A stretch of 64,000 bases of DNA, from contig CM000208.1 in the NCBI GenBank assembly GCA_000002445.1, positions 3,712,001 through 3,776,000 on the forward strand, in the 5' to 3' direction. The translations under genes and the position numbers were made by a program. The stretch comes from Trypanosoma brucei (taxonomy: Eukaryota). The notes below the pieces were generated by a model. It had not been told where the DNA came from. It saw nothing but the letters and a program-made list of their open reading frames with translations, and ran no database searches. Shown piece by piece: positions 11,109 through 23,050 of this stretch (the first letter of the stretch is position 1; the number at the start of each line of letters is the position of its first letter).

Positions 11109-12557
11109 ATGTACGTGGGTCCTTGGGAGGAGTACCGCCTCATGAAGGCCATGGAGGAGTTGTGTTGGCTTAGAAATCATGTCCAGGCGGACTCGATGGT
11201 ACTTCCTTTACCATGTGATCCGGTTTCCACTCCTGGAAGTAGTCATCACCTCCGTCCCAGTTTAGAAACGGCTGGAGGATCCAGTCCGGCGCGAAGGCGG
11301 TTAGCCGATTCTGCCAATGGCAACTTGCCAGGTTGTGGCAACAGCAGCGACAAGGTGAGGTCACCATCACGTGGAAGTGAGAACCGCGTCGGAGGTGGCC
11401 TTCCCGTTGCTTATGGTGGGAACTCGGTTCTCATGAAAACTGGAACGAATCAGCTGAACGCAGTACCCGGTCATTCGATCTTCAAGACACTGGGAGAGTT
11501 CCGTACCTCTTCATCTCCAATGTGCGAGAGGCTTGTTATTGAAGACCCAGGTACTGCCAGAGGACATGCCCAACCGAAATGTTGTGTGGATTCCGGTAGG
11601 CAACCTCTTGACGCACGGCAATCTGTAGGGGATAATTGTGTCCCCAGCACCACTTTTGAGCAGACTGTACATGTGGAATTGGGTACAGGAGTTATACTAA
11701 GGAAGTTGAGGAAAAAGAAAACAGTGTCGCCCTCACCACTCACAAGTAGCGAGTTCAGTTTATTGGATTCGGTGGAGGGCATCACGACCCAAAAAAGGTT
11801 AAACATGCTGAGAGAATTAGGGCTCGCCCCGCCTCTAGACACAAGGAGTAAGTACGTGCTGGCAAAGCAAAAGTTACCCCCAAGCAGTAGCTCAAACAAG
11901 GAAAAGGAGAAGGCTAAAATCGAAGAAATTCAGGAACAGATTGAACGGCGCCTCCGCCTGCAGATGTTGTACAGCGCTGGCAGAGACAGTGCGTCGCCTT
12001 TTCCCTACGGCAGCGCGGAGGCGGCTTTAGAGAATTCTACAGGGAGTGCGAGTGTTGAGTGCCGTGAATTGGGCGCAGCACAAACCACCCCGCACGTACC
12101 GTGGGACCTTCCAAATGTTGTGTCAATTAGTTCATTAGCGCAGGGCACCACAAGCACACCTCAATTCGTGGCAAGCACTGAAAATAGGTTACACCAGGCC
12201 GCTGGTGTCAATGCTGAACCGCAGCGACTGCCTCTCTTGACACACCCGGGTGTTGCGAATATGCCAGCGAGCTCACTTCCATTGAGAGAGGGTAGTGAAA
12301 GGGTTGTTAGCACGGGCTTCACAGCCGAAATGTGCCCACAAACGAAAAATATTGAGGTCAGAAGGCAATCAAGTGTGCGTACCCCACCACTATTGGGTGC
12401 TGGAATGCATAATCCGAGCGTTTCAGGGGGGATGCAGCCACAGTCGTTGGACACCCCCGCCGTGACCAGACAGGTGGAAGCAGAACAGTTTGATGATGAT
12501 ATGGTTGGTGACCTGATCAATTGGGCGGAACAGTTGGACCCTGATAGCATTGTTTGA
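11109..12557 (+). CDS. hypothetical Ser/Pro-rich protein
   Basis: ORF track starts at GTG 11094; first in-frame ATG is 11109 (MYVGPWEEYRLMKAMEEL). Long ORF with coding-like codon usage; low-complexity S/P/G-rich middle and acidic C-terminus. No family recognised. Confidence 0.55.
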   Translation: MYVGPWEEYRLMKAMEELCWLRNHVQADSMVLPLPCDPVSTPGSSHHLRPSLETAGGSSPARRRLADSANGNLPGCGNSSDKVRSPSRGSENRVGGGLPVAYGGNSVLMKTGTNQLNAVPGHSIFKTLGEFRTSSSPMCERLVIEDPGTARGHAQPKCCVDSGRQPLDARQSVGDNCVPSTTFEQTVHVELGTGVILRKLRKKKTVSPSPLTSSEFSLLDSVEGITTQKRLNMLRELGLAPPLDTRSKYVLAKQKLPPSSSSNKEKEKAKIEEIQEQIERRLRLQMLYSAGRDSASPFPYGSAEAALENSTGSASVECRELGAAQTTPHVPWDLPNVVSISSLAQGTTSTPQFVASTENRLHQAAGVNAEPQRLPLLTHPGVANMPASSLPLREGSERVVSTGFTAEMCPQTKNIEVRRQSSVRTPPLLGAGMHNPSVSGGMQPQSLDTPAVTRQVEAEQFDDDMVGDLINWAEQLDPDSIV

Positions 12558-13786
12558 GTCCACAGTGGCGACAAAACTATTGCTCTGCTCGTAATGATTT
12601 TTTTTTGCTGTTGTTGATGATGGAAACATGCTGCAAACAAGGGGATAAACGCCGACGGGCATGTGTTCATTCTTATTGGAGGAGAGGAGAATGGGGAAAG
12701 GCGGAGACAGAAATGATCTGTTAAAAATATTGTATCATACTATTATTATTATTAAAACGTGCACAACGGCCCGCCCGCCCTACGAGGACACAATGTTCAC
12801 ATTGAATGGGACGATGTATAGCACATTAGACGTGCGGTATTTGCGGTGTGTTGCTTTACTTGTGTGACACAAAAATGTTTTTCCGTACTTAGTTTGTTGT
12901 TTTGTTTGATTATTTGTTTGTTTTTCCTTCTTTGCGATATAGCTTTTTCATCTGTGCCAGTATTGATGCAGCTTTCTCTTCATTTCCTTCCTTTGCGCGT
13001 GGGTTTGAAAGTTTCATCTTCGCTCACTTTAACGCAGGAGTGGGTGTATTTCTTTCCTCCCTTACATGAGTGAGATGGCACCAATACGGTACCGTCAGCA
13101 CACAAATATCACCTAACATATGTTTAAACGCCATATACATGAAGTGGGGGGTGGTACCAGAATGGTGAAATGGTTGAAAGGGAGGAAGGGGCACGAAATG
13201 CTGAGAAATATTTGGGAGGGGAAGAGGGAGGGAAATGGAATTAAACAATGTGATATTCTGGGTCTGCGCACTGTACAATGAGATGCTAGCAATGGTAGCT
13301 TTTTTTATATATTATTTCCTTCCCCCCTTTACGTGTTCTTCACAACGATGCTTGTGTGTACGTGTGCTGCTGCATAAGCACTTACCGTCCTTCGGTCACC
13401 TCTTTCTTTCTTTCGTGTGGGTGTGGGTGTGTATTGCTGCTCTTTTTATCCCTGTAGAGCGTGCCTTTTTAATTTCTCCTTTGATTTCTCATTTAGTGGT
13501 AGCGTGGTTTCTCCCGTGTGTACCCACGCGAAGGGGGGAGAAACGGAAGGGGAAGGAGGAAGGAGCAAAACCGCAGCAAATTAGTGGTTAGGGGTTATCC
13601 AGTAGGGAAGGGTGGGGGTTGGGGAAAACGAGAAGAACGCCAATAAAACGAAGAAACGGGAAAGTAAAAGCAGTCGTTACCGAAGCGTTTCGGAATCTGG
13701 AAAAGGGGGTATAAATTGGTCTTTGAGGGCTGCAGTTAGCTGTTGTTATATATATATACATATATGTATATTGGTTGCGTCTCGTA

Positions 13787-15136
13787 ATGAGTTCATGGGA
13801 ATCGTGTGAGGATGGTAACCTCGTTCGCACTGGTGAAATCGTTCTGTTCGTGCAAAATGAGACCCGTTACCACGAAGGTGATGGCAATTTGAACTATGAC
13901 GAAGGCAAATTAACGCTTTCTACGGATAATATTTTTTTTCAGCCTAAGGGAGCAGGTCCAATTTTTCTAAGGATTCCCCTTGGTAACATTGACAGTCCAA
14001 GCGGTGGCCCAACCGTCGTGGCTCAGTCAGATGGGCGCAGTCCGAAGTTACACATCCCTCTCACAGAAAGCGGGCAAAAAGCGGTATTTTCTTTTAAAGT
14101 AGGCAACATCAAAGAGTTTTGTGAGACTCTTCGTGATGTGCTGCAGCAAAAATTGTTACTGCTCCGACACAGTGAAATGTTGACGGAACCACTGCCATCT
14201 ATTACAGGCGTTGTCCAGGGGTCGAGTAAAGCAACACGTGATGACAGTAGCGCAGCGCCAGCAAACGAGACCCTTTTAGCCTTTACGGACAAGGCTGGGA
14301 TCGCGGGTCTCATGCGGGCATCAGCGGAAAAGACGGCACAAGGGGAAACGTTACGTGACATTGATGATGTCATGCGTAATGCCTCCTCCCTTGTGGCATC
14401 CATTCGAAATCTGCAGCAAAAGCAGCAAAATATCGCTGGCACGACGAAGGCTGAAGATAACATGACAATTGAGAGCATCGAAGCAACGCTTGGCCTGGGT
14501 GCTACAGTGCGGGCATCGGGAGCCGGCTGGGGGCTTGTGAGTGCGCATGCGGGGTTTCACAAGGAACTTGCCTGGGAAATACATTCATGGATAACACACG
14601 AGAAAAACCATCATGTGTTCGGGTCGATGCCACTGATCCCGCTCATCGAGCTCTTCTCCTTGTATAACAAGGCTCGTGGCGAGTGCGATTTGGTATCAAC
14701 AAATGATGTGCTGCACGCATGTCGCGCGCTCGACCAACAGGAATATGCGCAATACACACTAAAGCGTCTCTCATCGGGTCGTTACGCTCTGCAACGCAAG
14801 GACCCCTCTATTGTACTGAAGAAGTTAGAACACATTCTTGGGCCTCGCTTATGCAACGAGAAGGAATCAGGAAAATTCACCACGTCAGCAGATTCTTCTC
14901 CTATTCACAACGGAAGGGATGGCGGGGTGACACAGCCGGTGACCCAAACGGCAGTATTTCCAGAATCTTCTTCTATGCTGAAAGGCGTCAACGAAGTGAC
15001 GTTTGCGTCTGTTTTGCATGTTACATGTTCGGTATCCATGGATCTTCTGGAGGAATTGGAATTGCAAGGTTACCTTTGCAGATCAGGTGGTGAGTTTGGT
15101 TGCTTTACGTTCCATTGGAATATATTTGTCTTTTAA
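13787..15136 (+). CDS. VPS36: ESCRT-II subunit Vps36/EAP45-like
   Basis: ORF track starts at TTG 13775; first ATG is 13787. N-terminal GLUE-like region. C-terminal winged-helix EAP30-type block PLIPLIELFSLYNKARGECDLVSTNDVLHACRAL...YTLKRLSSGRYALQ, typical of Vps22/Vps36. Confidence 0.7.
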   Translation: MSSWESCEDGNLVRTGEIVLFVQNETRYHEGDGNLNYDEGKLTLSTDNIFFQPKGAGPIFLRIPLGNIDSPSGGPTVVAQSDGRSPKLHIPLTESGQKAVFSFKVGNIKEFCETLRDVLQQKLLLLRHSEMLTEPLPSITGVVQGSSKATRDDSSAAPANETLLAFTDKAGIAGLMRASAEKTAQGETLRDIDDVMRNASSLVASIRNLQQKQQNIAGTTKAEDNMTIESIEATLGLGATVRASGAGWGLVSAHAGFHKELAWEIHSWITHEKNHHVFGSMPLIPLIELFSLYNKARGECDLVSTNDVLHACRALDQQEYAQYTLKRLSSGRYALQRKDPSIVLKKLEHILGPRLCNEKESGKFTTSADSSPIHNGRDGGVTQPVTQTAVFPESSSMLKGVNEVTFASVLHVTCSVSMDLLEELELQGYLCRSGGEFGCFTFHWNIFVF

Positions 15137-15620
15137 TTCAGAAGGATCTGTAGCGGGGATATGTGACTGGAGCACCTTCGCTGTGCATTGTGGGCTCTGC
15201 TTCTAATATTCTCCCCGTGAGTGGGTCGAGTTGCTTGAACTTATTTTCAGCCTATTAGTCGGCGAACAATTGATCCCCGCCTTGGCTTGATAGTTGCTGC
15301 TGATTTTAAGTTGCTTTGAATTCTTGTGGAGTGGGCGGGGTACCAATTGCATCGTCATCCCCATTTACGACTTGCAAAGCAACTTTCCAATGATTTGTGT
15401 GAATCTACTCACGAGAATAAGAGAAAACAACTACTGTTGTCACCTCCATGTCACTGAATCTTCCTTCACTTACACGCAAAGTGCAATTTCTACCTTCTTA
15501 ATGCACATGTTCACTACATCTGTCTTGTATGGCAGCCACCGTCGGGGTAGAAAGAGGTAAGTAAGGGGGAAAAGAGGAATATTGATATTGTTTTCAAGCT
15601 TTTTCACCTGAAAGCGTCGC

Positions 15621-17066
15621 ATGCGGGTCGATGTAGAAGCCGTCTTTGAAAAAATACGCCCCGCGCTGGAGGTTGCAGAGGTAGGCGCGTGGAGTAAGAC
15701 CGATATCACGACGTTCATGTCACTGGTAAGCGGGTTCTGTGACATTCAACGCCAGCAACTGCGCGCTCGTCGTGGCAAGCGGCGCGATGGACATGACTGT
15801 GAACAAAATGTCGATAAAGAAGGCGGTTGCGAAGATGGCTGTGGCGTTAGGGGAGAGGATGGAGACAAGGAGGATGAAGCCTCCCTTGAGGCTGACAGTG
15901 TTGTGGTGTTGGAGATTCGCCGCTCCCTCACCAAATTGCGTCACTACCTTCAGAAGCGGATTCCGTACGGCAGCATTTCCGAACCGGTTGTACCCCCGGC
16001 GCCGACGTCTCCTCAGGAGGGGGAAAACAGCTGTGGAGGTAGAGGGGCTTATAAAGCGCTGCAAAGTAGCAAACCCGTGGAGCCGCCCGTTTGCGCAGTA
16101 GACGCTTTTCTGTATCTCGAGGAGGACATTGATGCACTTGCAGATCAGGGCCATATATCACGGGAATATTGTCGCTCATGTGGGTCGGTGGACATCGGCC
16201 TCTGCCAATTTATTACCCACTCTTTCTCGCTTGAGCAGCTGATATTTCTTTCCTGTTTTCTACTACCTTCCTTTGGTGATACCTCCTATTGCCTAACATC
16301 CGACAACGTCTGGCGACCTCGCCACAAAAACTGTCACACTGTGGCTGCCGCCTTTTCCTGTGAGCACGTTGTTGAAGTGGGTTCACGACTGGGGATCGTA
16401 CCTATGTCTTGTTACTTTGCCTCAGAGCAGCAACGCTTGCTCAACACCCGAAGGGTGACGGCGATTGAACTTGATAAAGAGTTGGTAGCGCTTCAGCAAG
16501 AGGTTTTCCAGAAATTCGCCAGGGGGCCCACTGCGGCTCACCTCAACCTTGTTCACAGTGATTGTTTTGAGGGTGAAGGATTGGAGGCCCTCCGATCCGC
16601 AGATATTATTATTTTGCATAATATATTTGAGTATTTTACGGCGAGCGCAGAGGAACATCTTCGTTCGTGGAAGCGCCTTCGCGCTGCTGTGGTCCGTAGT
16701 GGTCAGTTGCTGGTGTGTTGCCCACCTTTACAAGAAACTTTAGCTGCCTTCTCCGAGGACTGTGTGCGAAAAGTCTTCATAAATGAACAAGATAAAGTTG
16801 ATTTCGTCCATGTCCATCAAAGTAACTCAAATGCGGGTAGGATTTCTCGCAAGCGATGTCGACAGCCGCCGCAGGAGCATTCGTTCACGTTGGATCAGTG
16901 GTGGCGCTCGTGGGTCAAAGAAATTGATGTGGAACACATTCGTCGGTCGTTCCTCACCGCACAGAGGTTTTGTGAGGAAGACCACCCATGTGATTCTTCC
17001 TATGGAGACGCTGATGACGAGCTGGTGAAGGAACTGAAGGATATGAGAGTATACATGGTCCAATGA
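15621..17066 (+). CDS. hypothetical protein with Rossmann-fold methyltransferase-like C-terminal half
   Basis: ATG 15621. C-terminal region VTAIELDKELV...LNLVHSDCF...ADIIILHNIFEYF...LLVCCP resembles class I SAM-MTase beta-strand motifs. Assignment is tentative. Confidence 0.5.
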   Translation: MRVDVEAVFEKIRPALEVAEVGAWSKTDITTFMSLVSGFCDIQRQQLRARRGKRRDGHDCEQNVDKEGGCEDGCGVRGEDGDKEDEASLEADSVVVLEIRRSLTKLRHYLQKRIPYGSISEPVVPPAPTSPQEGENSCGGRGAYKALQSSKPVEPPVCAVDAFLYLEEDIDALADQGHISREYCRSCGSVDIGLCQFITHSFSLEQLIFLSCFLLPSFGDTSYCLTSDNVWRPRHKNCHTVAAAFSCEHVVEVGSRLGIVPMSCYFASEQQRLLNTRRVTAIELDKELVALQQEVFQKFARGPTAAHLNLVHSDCFEGEGLEALRSADIIILHNIFEYFTASAEEHLRSWKRLRAAVVRSGQLLVCCPPLQETLAAFSEDCVRKVFINEQDKVDFVHVHQSNSNAGRISRKRCRQPPQEHSFTLDQWWRSWVKEIDVEHIRRSFLTAQRFCEEDHPCDSSYGDADDELVKELKDMRVYMVQ

Positions 17067-17472
17067 GTCCAGGTTAATTGGTCCCGCTAGGATGTTGCCG
17101 CACGGATCGACCCGGAGGTCCGAGGTATTTTATTGTTTGCTTCCCCCTATGCGTCTGGTGAGTTTATTTGTGACAAATATTGTACTCCCGCTCTCCCTCA
17201 TCTCCCCCTTTATCTATACGGTAAGCGTTAATCAATCGACTAATCGGCCTAGTTGCGGTCCCACCATTTCTCAGGTAGTCTATGAGAAAGTGTTCTTGTA
17301 TGCGTGTATATGGGTGAGTACGTCTGCTTCGTTCCGCCAGCTGAAAGAAAATCACTGCTTCTTAAATCCATCGATGTGTTTTTTTTTTTGTTTGCTCGGA
17401 TACAACGCGAAATAAATAACCACATCCTCGGATGAAATAGCAAAGGACCTGGAGAAGATAGGCCCGTCAGCA

Positions 17473-18888
17473 ATGGCAATCTGGGCATGTATTGCACGCT
17501 CCGGGTTGGTCGTTTCGAAGATTATAGCATGTTCCGGACTTAGCTACTTCATATCTCACTTTTTCTCTTGGACTGAGAAGAGCGTAGGGGGGTTTGCGGA
17601 TGTCTCGCTCATGATTTTCCTTCCCTCCCTCACCTTTGTGAGCATTACCAAATTTGAAAATGCAGAACGTGCTTACATGTTTCTTTGGGCAGCGATATTT
17701 GCCTGTGTGCCTCGAATATTGGCCCTGGCATCTGCTACACTACTCAGGTGTGCTTACCCAACCAGGTGGCACGGCCTAGTTATGCTGAGCTGCGTCCTGC
17801 AGAACAGTTTCACATTTGGTCTCGGAACACTTTTTATGCTCAAGGGGATTCCATGGTTCACTAATGAAGTAGGAGAGGAGGCGATTGCATTTTTTCTTTG
17901 TTACAGCACCGTCAACTTTCTGGTTTGCTGGCTTACCGCAGAGTTGATTGTGAGGCCTTACGCGAAGGCACCTGTAGCTGTTCTGTCTGCGTGCGCTCAG
18001 GAAAAAGCAGAGGGTTGTGAGAGAGAAATGTCGTGTCGAGAGGAGGAGAACAGATGCGGGATTGTGAAGGATACCGCCACCTCCGATAATCGGCTTCGGA
18101 CAACGCGGGAAACGGGTGCAACGCCTCCACTCTACGCGCCTAAAGGGGAACCAACCCGTGTGTCTGCCAATGAAGCAGGAGAGCAGTGCGCCCCGACCAG
18201 CGGCGGAGGGTCGGATGATGTGATTCACAACAGTGCGTCCTCTTCATGTTTTTCCGTCAAAACGCTCAAACTGGTGCTGGGCGTTATTAGAAAACCGTTG
18301 ATTGTCACCACTGTTATTGCCATTATTGTCAGCATGACACCAATTCGAAGGGTTCTACACGTCCCAGTTCTGGGAACGACGTTGGTTGGGGGCATGAAGT
18401 TGGTGGCTTACGGAACCCTGCCGCTTCATTTTCTTCTGCTGGGCTACGAAGCTGGACGCACGTGGAAGGTACATGCGACTACGGCTTCTGAGAGGGCAGA
18501 CGCAGCGCAGGGAGATTCTAGAGATGGCCATGGTGAAGTCTCTGGTTGGGAGACTTCGGCGGGGCGGCGAGATAGCGATGATACACAGATAAAGACTTTT
18601 GTGCTAGCTTTCGCTTTGGCCTTCAATGCACACGTCGTAGTACCTCTGTTGTGCTTCCTCATTATATTAGCATTCAAAACGTACGATCTCATACCAACAT
18701 CTAAGAGTTTCCTTCTCGCCATTTTTGTTGGTTCGTGTGCCCCTTCTGCCATTGATCCCTTCCTTATTTGCTCCAACAACGCCTTGCTGCCGCTTGCTTA
18801 CTCAAAGATTATGCATGTAATGGTTCTCAGCGGTGGTTTAACTACATTTGCGTGGCTTTCGGTTTATTTGTGCGTCTTGGAGGAATAA
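17473..18888 (+). CDS. membrane transporter, auxin-efflux-carrier (Mem_trans) family-like
   Basis: ATG 17473. About 5 N-terminal TM helices (including IFLPSLTFVSI, a motif typical of the family), a central roughly 100-aa hydrophilic loop, then about 5 C-terminal TM helices. Confidence 0.6.
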   Translation: MAIWACIARSGLVVSKIIACSGLSYFISHFFSWTEKSVGGFADVSLMIFLPSLTFVSITKFENAERAYMFLWAAIFACVPRILALASATLLRCAYPTRWHGLVMLSCVLQNSFTFGLGTLFMLKGIPWFTNEVGEEAIAFFLCYSTVNFLVCWLTAELIVRPYAKAPVAVLSACAQEKAEGCEREMSCREEENRCGIVKDTATSDNRLRTTRETGATPPLYAPKGEPTRVSANEAGEQCAPTSGGGSDDVIHNSASSSCFSVKTLKLVLGVIRKPLIVTTVIAIIVSMTPIRRVLHVPVLGTTLVGGMKLVAYGTLPLHFLLLGYEAGRTWKVHATTASERADAAQGDSRDGHGEVSGWETSAGRRDSDDTQIKTFVLAFALAFNAHVVVPLLCFLIILAFKTYDLIPTSKSFLLAIFVGSCAPSAIDPFLICSNNALLPLAYSKIMHVMVLSGGLTTFAWLSVYLCVLEE

Positions 18889-19524
18889 AAAGGAGAGGTC
18901 AAGTGAAGAAGCGTTTTTGTCTCATACATGCATACACGAGCACCGCAGGCACAGCCGCCATTGGTGATACGGGGGGGGGGCCGTTGTTATGCATTGCCAC
19001 AGAGCAAATTTTTGGTTTTACTCCCCCTTTAAAAAAAAAAAAACTGTTGTTGAACACGAGGGGAATGTGTTATCCAATTTAGCGTTACGACAGTCATCGC
19101 GATCCATATGTGAGCATTTTTAAGCGTGTTCGCGTCCGCCACTATCCGAGGTCGACATACGCACGGCGTTTGTGATCACGTCTTTGCACTTTTTGCGGCT
19201 TAACTACTGTTGTTGTTTGTTTGTTTGTTTTTCGCGCGATGGCCCACACCACCCCGATACACCTATGAGACTCTTCCGTCTCCCTTGTGTTGTTTTATTG
19301 CTTTCTTGCACAATGCACCTTCAGTCGGCTGGCACATCAGTGACAGCAAGTGTACAGGGCTGGGCACCACACCGCACTGATCTTGTTTGAAGTGCAGCTT
19401 AAGTTACCTGGAGGGCCAGTGGAAATTGGTTATTTCTCTCATACATCCCCACCCCCTTGTTTGAACGGGTTCGTAGGCGCGGGTGGGACGAAGCCGCTCC
19501 ACATCACATTAGGAGCCGTTCAGT

Positions 19525-20613
19525 ATGTCAGCACGTCGACTGGCTCTCATTACGGGGATCACTGGGCAAGACGGCTCGTACCTTGCGGAGCTTCTCCTTA
19601 AGAAAGGCTATGACGTGCACGGCATTGTGCGACGTTCCTCCTCATTGAATACCGGCCGTATCGACCACCTTGTGGGTAACGCGCATTTGCATCTGCATTA
19701 CGGAGATATGACGGACGGTGCGGGGTTACATCAGATCGTTTCTAGGGTTAGACCTCATGAAGTGTACAATCTTGCAGCACAGTCGCATGTAAAGATCTCT
19801 TTTGAGACTCCAGTTTACACTGGAGAGACGGATGCACTGGGTACGGCAAAGATCCTCGAGGCTATACGTTCCACCGGCTTAGAGAAAACATGCAGATTTT
19901 ATCAGGCTAGTAGTAGTGAATTGTATGGGAATGTCCAAGAGGCCCCGCAGACGGAGAGGACCCCATTTTATCCACGGAGCCCGTACGCTGTGGCCAAACT
20001 GTATTCACATTGGATTACTGTAAACTATCGTGAGTCGTATGATATGTTTGCCTCTAACGGAATACTGTTCAACCATGAGTCCCCACGTCGAGGCGAAGCG
20101 TTTGTCACAAAGAAAATCGTTCGGGCTGCGGTGCGCATAACGAGGGGTATGCAAAAGGAGTTGTTTTTGGGTAATGTAAATGCGGTGCGGGACTGGGGTC
20201 ATGCAAAAGACTACGTACATGGCATGTGGCTCATCCTACAGGCAGATAAGCCAGATGATTGGGTGTTAGCTACTGGCAAGCAGCACAGTGTGAAAGAGTT
20301 CTGCAACCTCGCATTTCAGCGGTTAGGTGTCAACCTGGCGTGGGCGGGTAGCGGGCTAGATGAGATAGCATATGATAGAGGCTGCGCGCTGAGGACCCCC
20401 ATCGTTCGCATTGACTCGAGGCTCTTTCGTCCTGCTGAGGTGGAAACGCTTGTCGGCAACCCTGAGAAGGCTGCACGTGAACTGGGTTGGAAAATTACCT
20501 ACAGTTTTGAGCAGCTTGTGGAAGATATGGTGGAAGCGGAGTTGCGCGAAATGGACGGCAACAAAGGGTGTGAACGCTTGGCAGGGAAGTGCATTACCGC
20601 CGAAACCAGCTGA
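19525..20613 (+). CDS. GMD: GDP-mannose 4,6-dehydratase
   Basis: ATG 19525. [34 protein letters not shown]...[17 protein letters not shown], and the catalytic SDR Y..K region PYAVAKLY are near-identical in pattern to GMD enzymes. Confidence 0.9.
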   Translation: MSARRLALITGITGQDGSYLAELLLKKGYDVHGIVRRSSSLNTGRIDHLVGNAHLHLHYGDMTDGAGLHQIVSRVRPHEVYNLAAQSHVKISFETPVYTGETDALGTAKILEAIRSTGLEKTCRFYQASSSELYGNVQEAPQTERTPFYPRSPYAVAKLYSHWITVNYRESYDMFASNGILFNHESPRRGEAFVTKKIVRAAVRITRGMQKELFLGNVNAVRDWGHAKDYVHGMWLILQADKPDDWVLATGKQHSVKEFCNLAFQRLGVNLAWAGSGLDEIAYDRGCALRTPIVRIDSRLFRPAEVETLVGNPEKAARELGWKITYSFEQLVEDMVEAELREMDGNKGCERLAGKCITAETS

Positions 20614-21586
20614 GTGTTGAGCAGCGGGGCAATATTACCTCCGTTTTGTACTCTCCGTTGTGTTTTGCCCCCCTCAACTCCTTGTTTCACCATCGGCATA
20701 CTTCTGGCACAATATCACGTGATACCATTGTTGTTGTTTTCCAAACGTTCTTACGAACCGTATGATAGGCATCCGTCACCGGTTAACGAGACCCAATGCG
20801 CCACAAACGACGGGAATGCATGGTAGACTTGAGAACTCTCTGGCCACTGTAGAAGTAGCACCAAACGAACAATAAAAAGGGACTATCGGCACACGCCTTG
20901 CCCACGCTTACTTGTGTTACTAAAGCGTGTGATTAGGAGGGCCCCTGCGTCACCTTTTGACCATCATTTCAACATTTCTGTTGTTGACTTTAGCTTGATT
21001 CGCTAACACGTCAGTTCTCTCAAATGGTCGGACACAAGCCAACACGCGCAAGCGCCCGTTTGTATTACCACGCTGATATTACTATAGCTACAAACTATGC
21101 TCCGCTCCTCAATGTTTTTGGTTCATCGTTCATTCATTTACTCAAGCCTTCATTCTTCTGTTTTTTTAACGTACGCACGTCAGTATGTTCAGGAGGAGCA
21201 ATGGGAACAGAAATTTGGATGCGCTTGGCATTCGTAGCCGGGTGGTGTGCTTGGGGAGTTCGGCAGCTTGCGAGGTGGGAAAAAGATATAAAGTAGTGGT
21301 TTTGTTTTTTTTTTTAAATGGAGGGATGATACACGGGTAAACACGCAATTTCTGTGGTAAGCTGAGTTACGCACTCGCACTTCCGTCACTTCTGGTGCGT
21401 TACTGACACATTTGCATCGCCTTTGCGAATAGTATGTAATGCCTGCACACTCCCTGTTCATTGCCACAACCTTTCCCATCATACTTATTTGCATGTGTTC
21501 GTGGAAATGAATGGATTGCTACGTAAAAATATAATGCGCTATCACTAGAATGCGTAGGAGTGGCGTGCGTGCGAGTCTTTGACAGT

Positions 21587-22300
21587 ATGCATGGAGTTGA
21601 GGTATCAGCGGAGAATCAACTGCGTCAAGTAAAGAGCGACATTGCTCTGCTCAACCATTACCTTAGCGAGGCTGAAAAGGGTCATGAAATGCCATGTGAA
21701 GAACTGAATGAGCGTATAGAAAGGACACAGAGGATCCTCCGTAGTCTTTCAGATGGTCGAGTAGATTACCAACTTGATTCCGTTAGTGGTGGTGTTGGCG
21801 CCCCCTCTTTATTGCAGGGCACAGTACCTCACACACGGGTAGTGGGGAAGCAAGGAGTGAGTAACCTGCAACGCCGCACGGCCCAACAACTTCTCTCTGA
21901 GCTGAGTCTTATTGAGTCTTCACTACAACGCTTGAACCATAAGGCAGAAAAGCATAACATGTATTTGTCCGAAGTAGATCAGCTCATGGGCTCCCTACGA
22001 AACAATGGAACTCATGATGACGTCTCGGCACTTCAGCACGCTGAGCGAGAGCGCGCATCTCTCCAGTACGCTCGAGCCAGAGTCCAGGCGATGATCAATG
22101 AGAGTAATTCTGTGATGAAAGCTCTTCAGGATCAGGGAAGGAGTTTGGAGTCAACCAACAGCAGAGTTGCGGATATTTTGGAGTCCCTTGGTGTCTCTAA
22201 CTCAACTACTCTACAAATCCTGCGGCGCAATAAAGTTGATGCATGGCTTGTATATGGCGGTATTGCACTCACGTTGCTGTTTATCTATCTGATATGGTAG
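21587..22300 (+). CDS. Qb-SNARE, GOS28/GOSR1-like (Golgi SNAP receptor)
   Basis: ORF track starts at GTG 21560; first ATG is 21587. C-terminus ...ILESLGVSNSTTLQILRRNKVDAWLVYGGIALTLLFIYLIW aligns with the GOSR1 tail [40 protein letters not shown]. SNARE heptads followed by a C-terminal TM anchor. Confidence 0.75.
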   Translation: MHGVEVSAENQLRQVKSDIALLNHYLSEAEKGHEMPCEELNERIERTQRILRSLSDGRVDYQLDSVSGGVGAPSLLQGTVPHTRVVGKQGVSNLQRRTAQQLLSELSLIESSLQRLNHKAEKHNMYLSEVDQLMGSLRNNGTHDDVSALQHAERERASLQYARARVQAMINESNSVMKALQDQGRSLESTNSRVADILESLGVSNSTTLQILRRNKVDAWLVYGGIALTLLFIYLIW

Positions 22301-23050
22301 GAGAAGTGAAGTTTAGGGGGCAGATGTCTATTCTTCCCTCCCCCTTCATCGAAGTGGGTGGCAGGGTTGAGTTCTGTTTATCCTCTCAGTGGAATTATTA
22401 ATATTTAGATGTGCGGCGATCCGACCGTATGGCTGCTCCGTTTGCGCTTGGGAAAGTTGGATGACAATGGGAGTGACATAACGTGGACGATATTTTTGCT
22501 GGCTCCTTACATATTCTCACGGTGAGCAACGGACGGGTGGTGGTGGCTGGAGGTGACATCTGTAACACGCCTCCACTCAGATAATGAGAATAACAAAACT
22601 AACTGTGCTTCTTTCTAGCGGTGACGCTCTGTACTGTTCTTTGCTCGGTTTGTTTGATATCCATTGGTTTGTATTTGCTGGTTAATTTTTCCGACAGCGT
22701 CTTACACACTTGGTTTGTGATTTGTCCTCTCAAAACTTCTCTCCTCTGCGGGGCCCCTCCACACAGCCTTTTGAGTGGGTTCATCGAGCATCCGGGATAG
22801 CGTACACCGTAGAATGTTTTTGAGTGAATTCATCTATCGAACAGGGTAACGAATACACCGCTTCGTAGACACAAGGATATATATACACGTATTTGCACAC
22901 TTCTACTTGATTGAGGAAACCGCAGGCTATTATTTTCAACTCTCCCTCTCTACTACCTTTCATCAACAGTTTTGCGACCCCGCAGTTGATAAGGAGGTAG
23001 AGGTTCGCGGACAGACAGTAGGGGATTCATACGACCTGTGTTTGTTGTAG

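Noticed and set aside
12161-12670. 169-aa minus-strand ORF antisense to the C-terminal end of the 11109-12557 gene
   Set aside because: Same reasoning as above: antisense to a long coding ORF, with no support.
21024-21296. 90-aa + strand ORF in the GMD to SNARE spacer
   Set aside because: Short, with no domain and weak coding character. It is probably UTR sequence.
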